From a virus (taxonomy: Duplodnaviria > Heunggongvirae > Uroviricota > Caudoviricetes), in IMG/VR virus record IMGVR_UViG_2703718780_000026: a DNA stretch of 33,331 nucleotides; one strand, 5' to 3'. Made by a program: the position numbers and the translations under genes. Under the pieces are notes generated by a model, which saw nothing but the letters and a program-made list of their open reading frames with translations, was not told the origin of the DNA and did not search any database. How positions within the stretch are numbered: the first letter of the stretch is position 1; each line of letters starts with the position of its first letter. Below are positions 1 through 8,535 of this stretch, piece by piece.

Positions 1-981
1 TTATAACGTCACTCCGCCTTTTAGAGGATTCAGCGCGACGGCATTTTGCAGGTAGTCAGGCGCAAGGTGCGCATAGGCCATCGTCTGCTGAATGCTCGCA
101 TGTCCCAGAATCTGTTGCAGTGCGATTATATTGCCCCCATTCATCATGAAATGGCTTGCGAATGTATGCCGCAGGATGTGGGTTGCCTGATTGGGTGGTA
201 TATCTGGCTTCACTCTGCGTAAAATCCCGCAAAACTTCTCATAATCAACTTTGAATAATTTAGCGCTGGCCTCCTCTTTAACTTTTTTCTCCAGTTCCTC
301 AGAAATCGGCACGGTTCGCTTTTTACCGTTTTTGGTTTTCAGGAAGGTAACCCTGCAATTTGTAATCTGTGCTGGTTTTAGCGTGGCAACTTCCGTCCAT
401 CTTCCTCCAGTGCTCAGACATAAAAGTGCGACAAGTAAGTCATCACCAGCCAAAACATTTAACAGTTTTTCGATTTCTGCTTTTTCCAGGAACGTCATTT
501 CAGGGTTGGCCTCCGCCAGTGGCGGCAGTCCGTGAATTGGGTGTTGCCCGGAAAATTCATCCAATTGAATTAATTTTGTGAACATGCCGGATAATCGGTA
601 CATGTCACGGTTTATCGTTGCGGCACTGATACCATCACGTAGTCGCATGGAACGATAATCCATCAAAGCTCTTTTGCTCATCCGGCTCACTGGTATATCA
701 CCTATGCCGCTGATGGTTTTGAGCAGATGATTAAACTCTTTTGTTCCATGCTCGTGGTTTTGCCCGTGATATTTCCACCAGATGTCCAGCAACTCACTCA
801 AAGTTCGGCGATCTGCTCGCTGACCTGCCCATTCTTTCTGGCTGGCGTAGGCGATTGTGTATCGCTCAAATGCTACAGCCTCAGCTTTTCTTTCAAATTT
901 CCTGCGGATGCGTTTTCCGTCGCGACCGCGAGGTCTAATGTCCACTTCATAGCGTCCATCATCGAGCTTCTTAATTGACAT
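1..981 (-). CDS. int: Tyrosine integrase (P2 Int-like)
   Basis: Minus-strand ORF 1-1011; ATG at 981 gives MSIKKLDDGRYEVD..., which matches the P2 Int N-terminus as I recall it, with a GAGGG RBS-like sequence upstream. C-terminal R...HxxR...Y-type region (ATHILRHTFASHF...AYAHL). Sits at the prophage end next to the C repressor. The tracker's start at 1011 is an alternative. Confidence 0.88.
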   Translation of the reverse strand: MSIKKLDDGRYEVDIRPRGRDGKRIRRKFERKAEAVAFERYTIAYASQKEWAGQRADRRTLSELLDIWWKYHGQNHEHGTKEFNHLLKTISGIGDIPVSRMSKRALMDYRSMRLRDGISAATINRDMYRLSGMFTKLIQLDEFSGQHPIHGLPPLAEANPEMTFLEKAEIEKLLNVLAGDDLLVALLCLSTGGRWTEVATLKPAQITNCRVTFLKTKNGKKRTVPISEELEKKVKEEASAKLFKVDYEKFCGILRRVKPDIPPNQATHILRHTFASHFMMNGGNIIALQQILGHASIQQTMAYAHLAPDYLQNAVALNPLKGGVTL

Positions 982-1050
982 AAGAAAGCCCTCTGACGCT
1001 GTATTCACCATCTTGGTAACAAATGGTGAAAATGTAATGTTTATAGAGTG

Positions 1051-1344
1051 TTAACCAGTCTGTTTTTCGGAGTGGTCTGATTCTGTTGGTTTTTGCCCAA
1101 TGTGTGCGAGAGCCGGCGCGATCTGACCAGCTTGTGGTGACGTATCACCAGTCATTAACCAGAGCGTATATTTTTTAAATAAAGGCGTATTTGTGACTCG
1201 CATAACGATGCTGAGACCAGGGTCTTTATGCCCACTTTCGTAATTTTTGACTGTTCCTAGAGCTATCCCGCTAATTTCGCTGAATTTCGCCTGTGTTAAG
1301 CCTTCTGCTTTCCTAATCGCTTTCAGTTTTTCGAATGTCTGCAT
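1051..1344 (-). CDS. C: Immunity repressor C (P2 C-like, HTH)
   Basis: 97-aa ORF divergent from cox. N-terminal HTH-like segment (LTQAKFSEISGIALGTVKNYESG) and C-terminal GQIAPALAH motif as in P2 C (from memory). Position between int and cox. Confidence 0.8.
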   Translation of the reverse strand: MQTFEKLKAIRKAEGLTQAKFSEISGIALGTVKNYESGHKDPGLSIVMRVTNTPLFKKYTLWLMTGDTSPQAGQIAPALAHIGQKPTESDHSEKQTG

Positions 1345-1373
1345 TTGACAGTAACCTATTGGTGACTTATATT
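1345..1373 (+). promoter_or_regulatory. Candidate early promoter Pe (sigma70-like: TTGACA, 17-nt spacer, TATATT) reading into cox
   Basis: TTGACA at 1345-1350 and TATATT at 1368-1373, read directly. Lies in the C/cox divergent intergenic region where P2 has Pe. Confidence 0.55.
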
Positions 1374-1400
1374 CCCGTCAAAAGGTTGTGTATTGGTGAC
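1357..1400. promoter_or_regulatory. Direct repeats TATTGGTGAC x2 (34 bp apart) flanking the Pe -10; candidate C-repressor operator half-sites
   Basis: Identical 10-mers at 1357-1366 and 1391-1400. In P2 the C operator is a pair of direct repeats flanking the -10 of Pe (established knowledge); assignment here is by analogy. Confidence 0.45.
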
Positions 1401-1422
1401 CTTTTGAGTGTGTTAGCCAGTC

Positions 1423-1454
1423 CCTAGAAAGGACAGGGGCGACCTAGAAGGGAC
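1423..1454. promoter_or_regulatory. Direct repeats CCTAGAA(A/G)GGAC x2 (20 bp apart); candidate Cox/Pc regulatory sites
   Basis: 12-mers at 1423-1434 and 1443-1454 differ at one position. Located between Pe and the cox start codon. Confidence 0.35.
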
Positions 1455-1496
1455 TGGATCTAATAAGGGTAACACGAAAGCAAAAAGGGCTAATCA

Positions 1497-1769
1497 ATGG
1501 AAGTCAATGACTATGTGATTCAGTACCCGATTGATGCGGTACATACGGTTAAGTTTGCAGAGTTACTTGGTAAGCCAGAAACGGCTGTAGTCAAGATGGT
1601 AAAAGAGAATAAATTGCCAGTTATTGAGCTTCGTGATCCAAGTAAGCCGAACGCTCGTGTCGGTGAGAAGTGGGTTTTCATTCCAGAGTTTAATCGCGCT
1701 GTACGAGAGGCGTTTTATAACCGACCAGTTGAACAGCGTGATGCATGGCTTTTGTGGATGGGGTTGTGA
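1497..1769 (+). CDS. cox: Cox-like excisionase / Pc repressor
   Basis: 90-aa ORF, first gene of the rightward early operon, divergent from C. Size and position as for P2 Cox (91 aa). Confidence 0.75.
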   Translation: MEVNDYVIQYPIDAVHTVKFAELLGKPETAVVKMVKENKLPVIELRDPSKPNARVGEKWVFIPEFNRAVREAFYNRPVEQRDAWLLWMGL

Positions 1770-1771
1770 TT

Positions 1772-1942
1772 ATGAGTGAACCGCGTTGTATTGCTCAGTT
1801 ACTGCGTAACGAAAGCCCCAGGGCGATTGACTTCACCATCACCCACGGTAAGGGGCGTAAGGGAATCATTATCCGCACCAAAAAACAGAGTCCGGTAAAA
1901 AAGGCTCTGACCTTTCTGAAAAGCCGGAGGGTCTGGAAATGA
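1772..1942 (+). CDS. Small hypothetical early protein
   Basis: ATG at 1772 (MSEPRC...) just after the cox stop; its stop overlaps the B start (ATGA). No recognisable motif. Confidence 0.45.
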   Translation: MSEPRCIAQLLRNESPRAIDFTITHGKGRKGIIIRTKKQSPVKKALTFLKSRRVWK

Positions 1943-2439
1943 CAGTGATGACGCTCAATCTCGTTGAAAAACAGCCAGCAGCTATGCGCCGGATAATTGG
2001 TAAGCATCTGGCCGTCCCTCGCTGGCAGGAGACATGCGATTATTATAATCAGATGATGGAACGCGAACGGCTAACGGTTTGCTTTCATGCGCAGTTAAAA
2101 CAACGTCACGCAACGATGCGTTTTGAAGAAATGAACGACGTCGAACGTGAACGGCTGGTTTGTGCAATTGATGAATTGCGTGGGGCATTCTCAAAACGCC
2201 GTCAGGTTGGCGCAAGTGAGTATGCATATATTAGTTTTTTAACAGTCAGTCAGCGTCGTACTTTATTTATGCACGCACGACTGACAGAAAAAGAATTCAA
2301 CCAGCCATACTGGCGAATTAATGAAGAATCATGTTACTGGCGTGATGCTTTATTCCGTGCATTACGTGAATTATTCAGCCTGTTTGAGTACGCACCGACA
2401 ATTCTGACGTCGGTAAAACCAGAGCAATATCTGCATTAA
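1939..2439 (+). CDS. B: Replication protein B (P2 gpB-like)
   Basis: 166 aa, the same length as P2 B. Position after cox. Confidence 0.8.
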   Translation: MTVMTLNLVEKQPAAMRRIIGKHLAVPRWQETCDYYNQMMERERLTVCFHAQLKQRHATMRFEEMNDVERERLVCAIDELRGAFSKRRQVGASEYAYISFLTVSQRRTLFMHARLTEKEFNQPYWRINEESCYWRDALFRALRELFSLFEYAPTILTSVKPEQYLH

Positions 2440-2502
2440 GTAATTAACCAGAGTTTTTAACGCACTTAATCGTGCGGGGCTTCTTTTTGCCTGGAGAAAG
2501 TC

Positions 2503-2727
2503 ATGCATACAGTTTCTGAAAATCAGTGCGGTAAATTCGCATTACTGCTGCAACAGGCCAGAACCGAAGCACAGGCCGACGCTGCGACGCGCTTTTCTTC
2601 TCATCTTGACGCCATGATTCGCCACATCACAAAGGCGGAGTTATCCCGCGTGGAGATAGTCGAGCTGCTCAGTCAGGAGTCGGAAAAATTTCACAACATC
2701 GGATTGTCTCGCGGGGAGGTGCTTTGA
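2503..2727 (+). CDS. Hypothetical early protein
   Basis: 74-aa ORF in the B-A interval of the early operon; stop overlaps the next start (TGATG). Confidence 0.55.
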   Translation: MHTVSENQCGKFALLLQQARTEAQADAATRFSSHLDAMIRHITKAELSRVEIVELLSQESEKFHNIGLSRGEVL

Positions 2728-3029
2728 TGTCCTGTTCTCATTCAGTTGTATTACTGAACAATGCCTTAAAAATCGCCGTTATGAAAAATGGCGATTTGTC
2801 TCTTATTCAACTTGGTCTTGATAAAGAAAAACGCGAAATAACTGAATCTGTTATCGCGATTTATCAGAGTGAATTAAACCTCCTGTCTGATGTGGTCAAT
2901 TTACTTGTTAAACGCGCTGTATTTCACAAGCAAATTTCCTCCGTGGATGAACTGACGAAATTAACGACAGAAATCGCCAGCTATTGCGCTGATGAATTTA
3001 AAAAACTGAACGACAAAAGGAACTGGTAA
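2724..3029 (+). CDS. Hypothetical early protein
   Basis: 101-aa ORF, translationally coupled to its neighbours. Confidence 0.55.
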   Translation: MMSCSHSVVLLNNALKIAVMKNGDLSLIQLGLDKEKREITESVIAIYQSELNLLSDVVNLLVKRAVFHKQISSVDELTKLTTEIASYCADEFKKLNDKRNW

Positions 3030-3253
3030 TGCCGGACAACGTAGATTTTATTCAGGAACAACAGGCTGAATTACTGGAGCGCCAGATTAACGCGGCAAGG
3101 GTAAAACATTGTGGTGCTTCTGCGCTGGTTTGCGAAGAGTGTGACGCGCCAATACCTGCTGCCCGTCGTGCAGCTTATCCGTCAGCCACGCGTTGTGTTT
3201 CCTGCCAGTCAGTCTTTGAAGCAAAAAACAAGCATTACCGGAGAATGGCATGA
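3029..3253 (+). CDS. TraR/DksA-like C4 zinc-finger protein
   Basis: 74 aa with CxxC-N17-CxxC (CEECDAPIPAARRAAYPSATRCVSCQ). P2 has a TraR-like small ORF at this position (from memory). Confidence 0.65.
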   Translation: MPDNVDFIQEQQAELLERQINAARVKHCGASALVCEECDAPIPAARRAAYPSATRCVSCQSVFEAKNKHYRRMA

Positions 3254-3525
3254 GTATTCGTATCGAAATTGGCGAACGTTATGTCGTTACCAGTGACAGC
3301 TTTCAGTTTATTCTCCACGAGAAAAAGAGAGCGGAAAGCGGTAAAAACGCCGGTCAGGAATGGCTGGCGGTGGTTGGTTATTACCCGAAATTAAGCCAGC
3401 TCGTTTCCGGCCTGATGCATCACGATATTCTGACCGGAAGCGCAAAGTCTTTTGCTGATTTAAACGCGCAGGTTGAGCAACTCAGCAAGCGTTGTTCAGA
3501 GGCTTTTGGCTCATATGGCCGTTAA
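3250..3525 (+). CDS. Hypothetical early protein
   Basis: 91-aa ORF immediately upstream of A and overlapping its start. Confidence 0.55.
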   Translation: MSIRIEIGERYVVTSDSFQFILHEKKRAESGKNAGQEWLAVVGYYPKLSQLVSGLMHHDILTGSAKSFADLNAQVEQLSKRCSEAFGSYGR

Positions 3526-5800
3526 AGCCTCCGGGCGTTTTGTCCCTCCGTCAGCATTTGCCGCAGGCACCGGTAAGGCGTTTACCGGTGCTTATGCATG
3601 GAACGCGCCACGCGAGGCTGTCGGGCGCGAAAGACCCCTTACACGTGACGAGATGCGTCAGGTGCAAGGTGTTTTATCCACGATTAACCGCCTGCCTTAC
3701 TTTTTGCGCTCGCTGTTTACTTCACGCTATGACTACATCCGGCGCAATAAAAGCCCGGTGCACGGGTTTTATTTCCTTACATCCACTTTTCAGCGTCGTT
3801 TATGGCCGCGCATTGAGCGTGTGAATCAGCGCCATGAAATGAACACCGACGCGTCGTTGCTGTTTCTGGCAGAGCGTGACCATTATGCGCGCCTGCCTGG
3901 AATGAATGACAAGGAGCTGAAAAAGTTTGCCGCCCGTATCTCATCGCAGCTTTTCATGATGTATGAGGAACTCTGCGATGCATGGGTTGATGCTCATGGC
4001 GAAAAAGAATCGCTGTTTACGGATGAGGCGCAGACTCACCTGTATGGTCATGTTGCTGGCGCTGCACGTGCTTTCAATATTTCCCCGCTCTACTGGAAAA
4101 AATACCGTAAAGGGCAGATGACCACGAGGCAGGCATATTCTGCCATTGCCCGCCTGTTTAACGATGAGTGGTGGACTCATCAGCTTAAAGGCCAGCGTAT
4201 GCGCTGGCATGAGGCGTTACTGATTGCTGTCGGGGAGGTCAATAAAGACCGTTCTCCTTATGCCAGTAAACATGCCATTCGTGATGTGCGTGCGCGCCGC
4301 CAGGCAAATCTGGAATTTCTTAAATCGTGTGACCTTGAAAACAAGGAAACCGGCGAGCGCATCGACCTTATCAGTAAGGTGATGGGCAGTATTTCTAATC
4401 CAGAAATTCGCCGGATGGAGCTGATGAACACCATCGCCGGTATTGAGCGTTACGCCGCCGCAGAGGGTGATGTGGGGATGTTTATCACGCTGACCGCGCC
4501 GTCAAAGTATCACCCGACACGTCAGGTCAGAAAAGGCGAAAGTAAAACCGTCCAGCTAAATCACGGCTGGAACGATGAGGCATTTAATCCAAAGGATGCG
4601 CAGCGTTATCTCTGCCGTATCTGGAGCCTGATGCGCACGGCATTCAAGGATAATGATTTACAGGCCTACGGTTTGCGTGTTGTTGAACCACACCACGACG
4701 GAACGCCGCACTGGCATATGATGCTTTTTTGTAATCCACGCCAGCGTAACCAGATTATTGAAATCATGCGTCGCTATGCGCTCAAAGAGGATGGCGACGA
4801 AAGAGGAGCCGCGCGAAACCGTTTTCAGGCAAAACACCTTAACCGGGGCGGTGCTGCGGGATATATCGCGAAATACATCTCAAAAAACATCGACGGCTAT
4901 GCACTGGATGGTCAGCTCGATAATGATACCGGTAGGCTGCTGAAAGACACTGCAGCGGCTGTTACCGCATGGGCGTCTACGTGGCGCATTCCGCAATTTA
5001 AAACGGTTGGCCTGCCGACAATGGGGGCTTACCGTGAGCTACGCAAATTGCCTCGCGGCGTCAGCATTGCTGATGAGTTTGACGAACGCGTCGAGGCTGC
5101 ACGCGCCGCCGCAGACAGTGGTGATTTTGCGCTGTATATCAGCGCGCAGGGCGGGGCAAATGTCCCGCGCGATTGTCAGACTGTCAGGGTCGCCCGTAGC
5201 CCGTCGGATGACGTTAACGAGTACGAGGAAGAAGTCGAGAGAGTGGTCGGCATTTACGCGCCGCATCTCGGCGCGCGTCATATTCATATCACCAGAACGA
5301 CGGACTGGCGCATTGTGCCGAAAGTTCCGGTCGTTGAGCCTTTGACTTTAAAAAGCGGCATCGCCGCGCCTCGGAGTCCTGTCAATAACTGTGGAAAGCT
5401 CACCGGTAGTGATGCTTCGTTACCGGCTCCCACACCTTCTGAGCACGCTGCAGCAGTGCTAAATCTGGTTGATGACGGTGTTATCGAATGGAATGACCCA
5501 GAGGTCGTGAGGGCGCTCAGGGGAGCATTAAAACACGGTCTGAAAACACCAAATCGTCAGCAAAGAAACGGAAGTCCGTTAAAAACACATGAAATTGAAC
5601 CGTCGGCCAGACTGACCCGGTCGGAACGAATGCAAATCACCCGTATCCGCGTTGACCTTGCTCAGAACGGTATCAGGCCTCAGCGATGGGAGCTTGAGGC
5701 GCTGGCGCGTGGCGCGACCGTAAATTATGACGGGAAAAAATTCACGTATCCGGTCGCTGATGAGTGGCCGGGATTCTCAACAGTAATGGAGTGGACATAA
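3515..5800 (+). CDS. A: Replication initiation endonuclease A (rolling-circle, HUH-type)
   Basis: ATG at 3515 gives 761 aa, the same as P2 gpA. HUH-like motif PHWHMMLF and paired active-site tyrosines YIAKYISK, as in the phiX174 A / P2 A family. Confidence 0.9.
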   Translation: MAVKASGRFVPPSAFAAGTGKAFTGAYAWNAPREAVGRERPLTRDEMRQVQGVLSTINRLPYFLRSLFTSRYDYIRRNKSPVHGFYFLTSTFQRRLWPRIERVNQRHEMNTDASLLFLAERDHYARLPGMNDKELKKFAARISSQLFMMYEELCDAWVDAHGEKESLFTDEAQTHLYGHVAGAARAFNISPLYWKKYRKGQMTTRQAYSAIARLFNDEWWTHQLKGQRMRWHEALLIAVGEVNKDRSPYASKHAIRDVRARRQANLEFLKSCDLENKETGERIDLISKVMGSISNPEIRRMELMNTIAGIERYAAAEGDVGMFITLTAPSKYHPTRQVRKGESKTVQLNHGWNDEAFNPKDAQRYLCRIWSLMRTAFKDNDLQAYGLRVVEPHHDGTPHWHMMLFCNPRQRNQIIEIMRRYALKEDGDERGAARNRFQAKHLNRGGAAGYIAKYISKNIDGYALDGQLDNDTGRLLKDTAAAVTAWASTWRIPQFKTVGLPTMGAYRELRKLPRGVSIADEFDERVEAARAAADSGDFALYISAQGGANVPRDCQTVRVARSPSDDVNEYEEEVERVVGIYAPHLGARHIHITRTTDWRIVPKVPVVEPLTLKSGIAAPRSPVNNCGKLTGSDASLPAPTPSEHAAAVLNLVDDGVIEWNDPEVVRALRGALKHGLKTPNRQQRNGSPLKTHEIEPSARLTRSERMQITRIRVDLAQNGIRPQRWELEALARGATVNYDGKKFTYPVADEWPGFSTVMEWT

Positions 5801-6252
5801 TGGCAAAAATTCACGAGGTAAAGCTGCACGCAAAATATTTCGACCTTGTACTGGAAGGAAAGAAACGCGCAGAGTTTCGGAAAAATGACCGTAATTATGA
5901 GCGCGGGGACACGTTGATTTTGCATGAATGGGTGCAGGGTGTGTTTACGGGGCGCAAGGTTGAAGCCCGGATAACAGATGTTACTGACCTGTCAGACTGG
6001 CTGGAAGATTATGTCTTGCTAAGTATTGAGCTGCTTAATACGGGCGCATATAAGATTGTGAACTGGAAAGAACTTAGTGAACGTGGTTTGGTATTCAGAA
6101 TTAATCATGAAATTATGCATCAGCTTGGCCTTGCTGTTATGTATGAACCAGAGACAGGGATGTCTGGTGGTGCAATGGTTGCCACGGATGGGATATGGAA
6201 TTATTCAGATGAACAGATGGAGCATGCAAAGCAAAACGGGTGGCTTGGATAA
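5800..6252 (+). CDS. ASCH/DUF3850-like protein (tentative)
   Basis: ATG at 5800 overlaps the A stop (TAATG). N-terminus MAKIHEVKLHAKYFDLVLEGKKRAEFRKNDRNYERGDTLILHEW resembles the DUF3850/ASCH consensus as I remember it; needs an HMM check. Confidence 0.5.
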   Translation: MAKIHEVKLHAKYFDLVLEGKKRAEFRKNDRNYERGDTLILHEWVQGVFTGRKVEARITDVTDLSDWLEDYVLLSIELLNTGAYKIVNWKELSERGLVFRINHEIMHQLGLAVMYEPETGMSGGAMVATDGIWNYSDEQMEHAKQNGWLG

Positions 6253-6458
6253 TGCACAGAATACCAGGCGAGATACCGCACCATAAAACTAAAAATATCA
6301 AGCTGATGGCCATTGTTCAGCGTTTACAGCGGATTATGGTCAACGAAAATCTGACGCCCGATGAGCTGGTCGGGTGTGCCGAAATAGTCCGGGATAATTA
6401 CGGGCGGTTTAATCATATCGGTCAATCAAGAGTTACGCCACCACCACGCAGACGATAG
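6252..6458 (+). CDS. Small hypothetical protein
   Basis: ATG at 6252 overlaps the upstream stop (TAATG), suggesting translational coupling. 68 aa, no motif recognised. Confidence 0.4.
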   Translation: MHRIPGEIPHHKTKNIKLMAIVQRLQRIMVNENLTPDELVGCAEIVRDNYGRFNHIGQSRVTPPPRRR

Positions 6459-6763
6459 AGAACGCCGCCAGTCGTGAAACTTGTTTTCAGGGCTGGCGGG
6501 GTTGAACAACGAGCGAAGCGAGGCGTTAGTTATGTAAAGTTAAAGTCATTTAAAACAGTACATTAGTGGAAAGGATGTTGAGAGTATTCGGTTACGAGAG
6601 GGAATGGATGTATTTACAGAAATTGTTGGATTAATTGTAGTAAAGCTAGGCTAGGATAAGGCCTTAGGGCTGGATGTGGGGAGCATTCTTGTTGTTTGCT
6701 AAAACGCTCGAGATTTTTGAAGGATACAGTTATACTCTGTCGGAGGATGAATCGGAGACTAAA

Positions 6764-7801
6764 ATGGCGGTAAAAGTTGTTGATCTTTTTTGTGGTGCTG
6801 GCGGGCTTACTCATGGCTTAAAGCAAGCCGGATTAGATGTAGTCGCTGGTATTGATATAGAGAGTGCATGCCGGGTTGCTTATGAAATTAATAACAGTGC
6901 GCTTTTTATTGAAAAAGATATTTCTCTGGTGACCAAAGACGAGCTTAACGATCTTTTTGAAGGTGCGCAGGTAAGGGTGTTGGCTGGTTGTGCGCCGTGC
7001 CAACCTTTTTCAAGGTATACGCAAGGGCGCGATAAGAAAAATGATAAAAAGTGGCCTCTTCTTTATGAATTTGAACGTTTAATTCGAGGGGTTAATCCAG
7101 AGATCGTTACAATGGAAAATGTACCTGATGTAACGAAGCATTCTGTTTATAGTGACTTCTATAATAGTTTAGAGGCATTGGGTTATCATGTCTGGGCCGG
7201 AAAGGTTGAATGTGTAGATTATGGTGTTCCGCAAAATAGAGTTAGGCATGTATTATTGGCATCTAAATTTGCGCCGCTTTCATTTGTAAAACCAAAAGTA
7301 GAAAAGGCGGTGACGGTAAAAGAATGCATTGGCGGACTTCCTCCATTAAAGGCTGGTCAAACGGATCCTGTTGATCCTTTACATAAAGCAAGTAAATTAA
7401 GTGATATAAATCTAAAACGTATTGCTTGCTCTAAACCAGGAGGGACATGGCGAGACTGGCCAGTAGAGTTGATTGCATCATGCCACATAAAGAAAAGTGG
7501 GCAAGGTTATGCTAGTGTATATGGACGTATGGATTGGGATAAACCAAGTCCTACAATTACTACGCTATGTTATGGTTTTGGAAATGGCAGATTTGGTCAT
7601 CCCGAGCAAAATCGTGCAATTTCTCTGAGAGAGGCTGCATTGTTACAAACGTTTCCAAAGGATTACGTTTTTACTGCACCCAATGAGAAAGTATCTATAA
7701 AGAATGTTGGTAGGATGATTGGTAATGCTGTACCGGTAAAACTAGGTGAGGTTATAGGTGAGTCAATTATAACTCACCTAAAAGAGCACAATATAGTTTA
7801 A
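6764..7801 (+). CDS. DNA (cytosine-5) methyltransferase
   Basis: ATG at 6764 with GGAG RBS 6 nt upstream. C5-MTase motifs read in order: I DLFCGAGG, IV PCQPFS, VI ENV, VIII QNRVR, X GNAV. 345 aa. Confidence 0.9.
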   Translation: MAVKVVDLFCGAGGLTHGLKQAGLDVVAGIDIESACRVAYEINNSALFIEKDISLVTKDELNDLFEGAQVRVLAGCAPCQPFSRYTQGRDKKNDKKWPLLYEFERLIRGVNPEIVTMENVPDVTKHSVYSDFYNSLEALGYHVWAGKVECVDYGVPQNRVRHVLLASKFAPLSFVKPKVEKAVTVKECIGGLPPLKAGQTDPVDPLHKASKLSDINLKRIACSKPGGTWRDWPVELIASCHIKKSGQGYASVYGRMDWDKPSPTITTLCYGFGNGRFGHPEQNRAISLREAALLQTFPKDYVFTAPNEKVSIKNVGRMIGNAVPVKLGEVIGESIITHLKEHNIV

Positions 7802-8529
7802 GCCTGTAGTCTTGATGATCGTATGTATAAGCGATCATCAAGGTATTTTTGTATGTTTTCTAGTATTTCTTCTAGGTAATGGAAAACTTCATTTTTAAGA
7901 AGTTCAAGGTTGTCAATAGACGTTTCTTGACCCTTGTTTAAAAAGGATTCTGAACCATGCGCCAATGCATTTCTTGCTTTTTTTATGTTTACTAAATTTC
8001 CACCATTATGAGTTTTTGAACGATCTGTTTGAGAGGAAAAACCATAGATACTAGCAACATCCCTAATTTTCTGTGCGTCAACATTTCCAGAAAATAGGGG
8101 GTTTTTATCTGCTTGAACTTGTTTTTTGTGTTCCTCTAGCCATTTTTTTAGAACTAGTTTTGCTATATCACCTTGTGAAAAATCCATGTCACTCACCATA
8201 TGATGGTCTAATTTTTTTAAGGCAAGCTTTGTTAAGCTTTCGCAAATTTTATCGACACAAAGATCATCACACGAATTAAGTTCATTATGTATATCTTCAA
8301 TAGCATTAGATATAGTGGCTTCAATTAAGTTATATAATATAATAAACGCATTGGCTTTTAGGATATGCGTCATTTCGATATCAATTTCGCGGTGTTTACA
8401 TTCGCCTGCTATGCGATCTTTGTACGAGAATGTTGGTCTCTCATCAATAATGAATTTAACAAAATCAAAATATTTTTCTATATCTTCTTTTCTTTCAGAA
8501 AATAAAATTTTGCTGTTCATGATGACCAC
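7798..8529 (-). CDS. Hypothetical protein with C-terminal HEPN-like R-N-x3-H motif
   Basis: 243 aa from a GTG at 8529 (RBS GAGGAG 10 nt upstream), or 240 aa from the ATG at 8520. KKARNALAHG matches the HEPN Rx4-6H signature. Its stop codon overlaps the MTase stop (7798-7801 shared, convergent). Confidence 0.6.
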   Translation of the reverse strand: MVIMNSKILFSERKEDIEKYFDFVKFIIDERPTFSYKDRIAGECKHREIDIEMTHILKANAFIILYNLIEATISNAIEDIHNELNSCDDLCVDKICESLTKLALKKLDHHMVSDMDFSQGDIAKLVLKKWLEEHKKQVQADKNPLFSGNVDAQKIRDVASIYGFSSQTDRSKTHNGGNLVNIKKARNALAHGSESFLNKGQETSIDNLELLKNEVFHYLEEILENIQKYLDDRLYIRSSRLQA

Positions 8530-8535
8530 GGATAG

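Noticed and set aside
3473-3514. Tracker start codons for A (3473), P (12828), fieF (32411), FI (25444), O (12906) and L (15745)
   Set aside because: These are TTG/GTG or upstream extensions without an RBS. The internal ATGs chosen give exactly the P2 protein lengths (761, 590, 396, 284, 169 aa) or the known FieF N-terminus.
6614-6814. 66-aa minus-strand ORF overlapping the MTase start, considered as a possible controller (C) protein
   Set aside because: No helix-turn-helix-like sequence, no RBS, and it overlaps the MTase RBS and start on the opposite strand.
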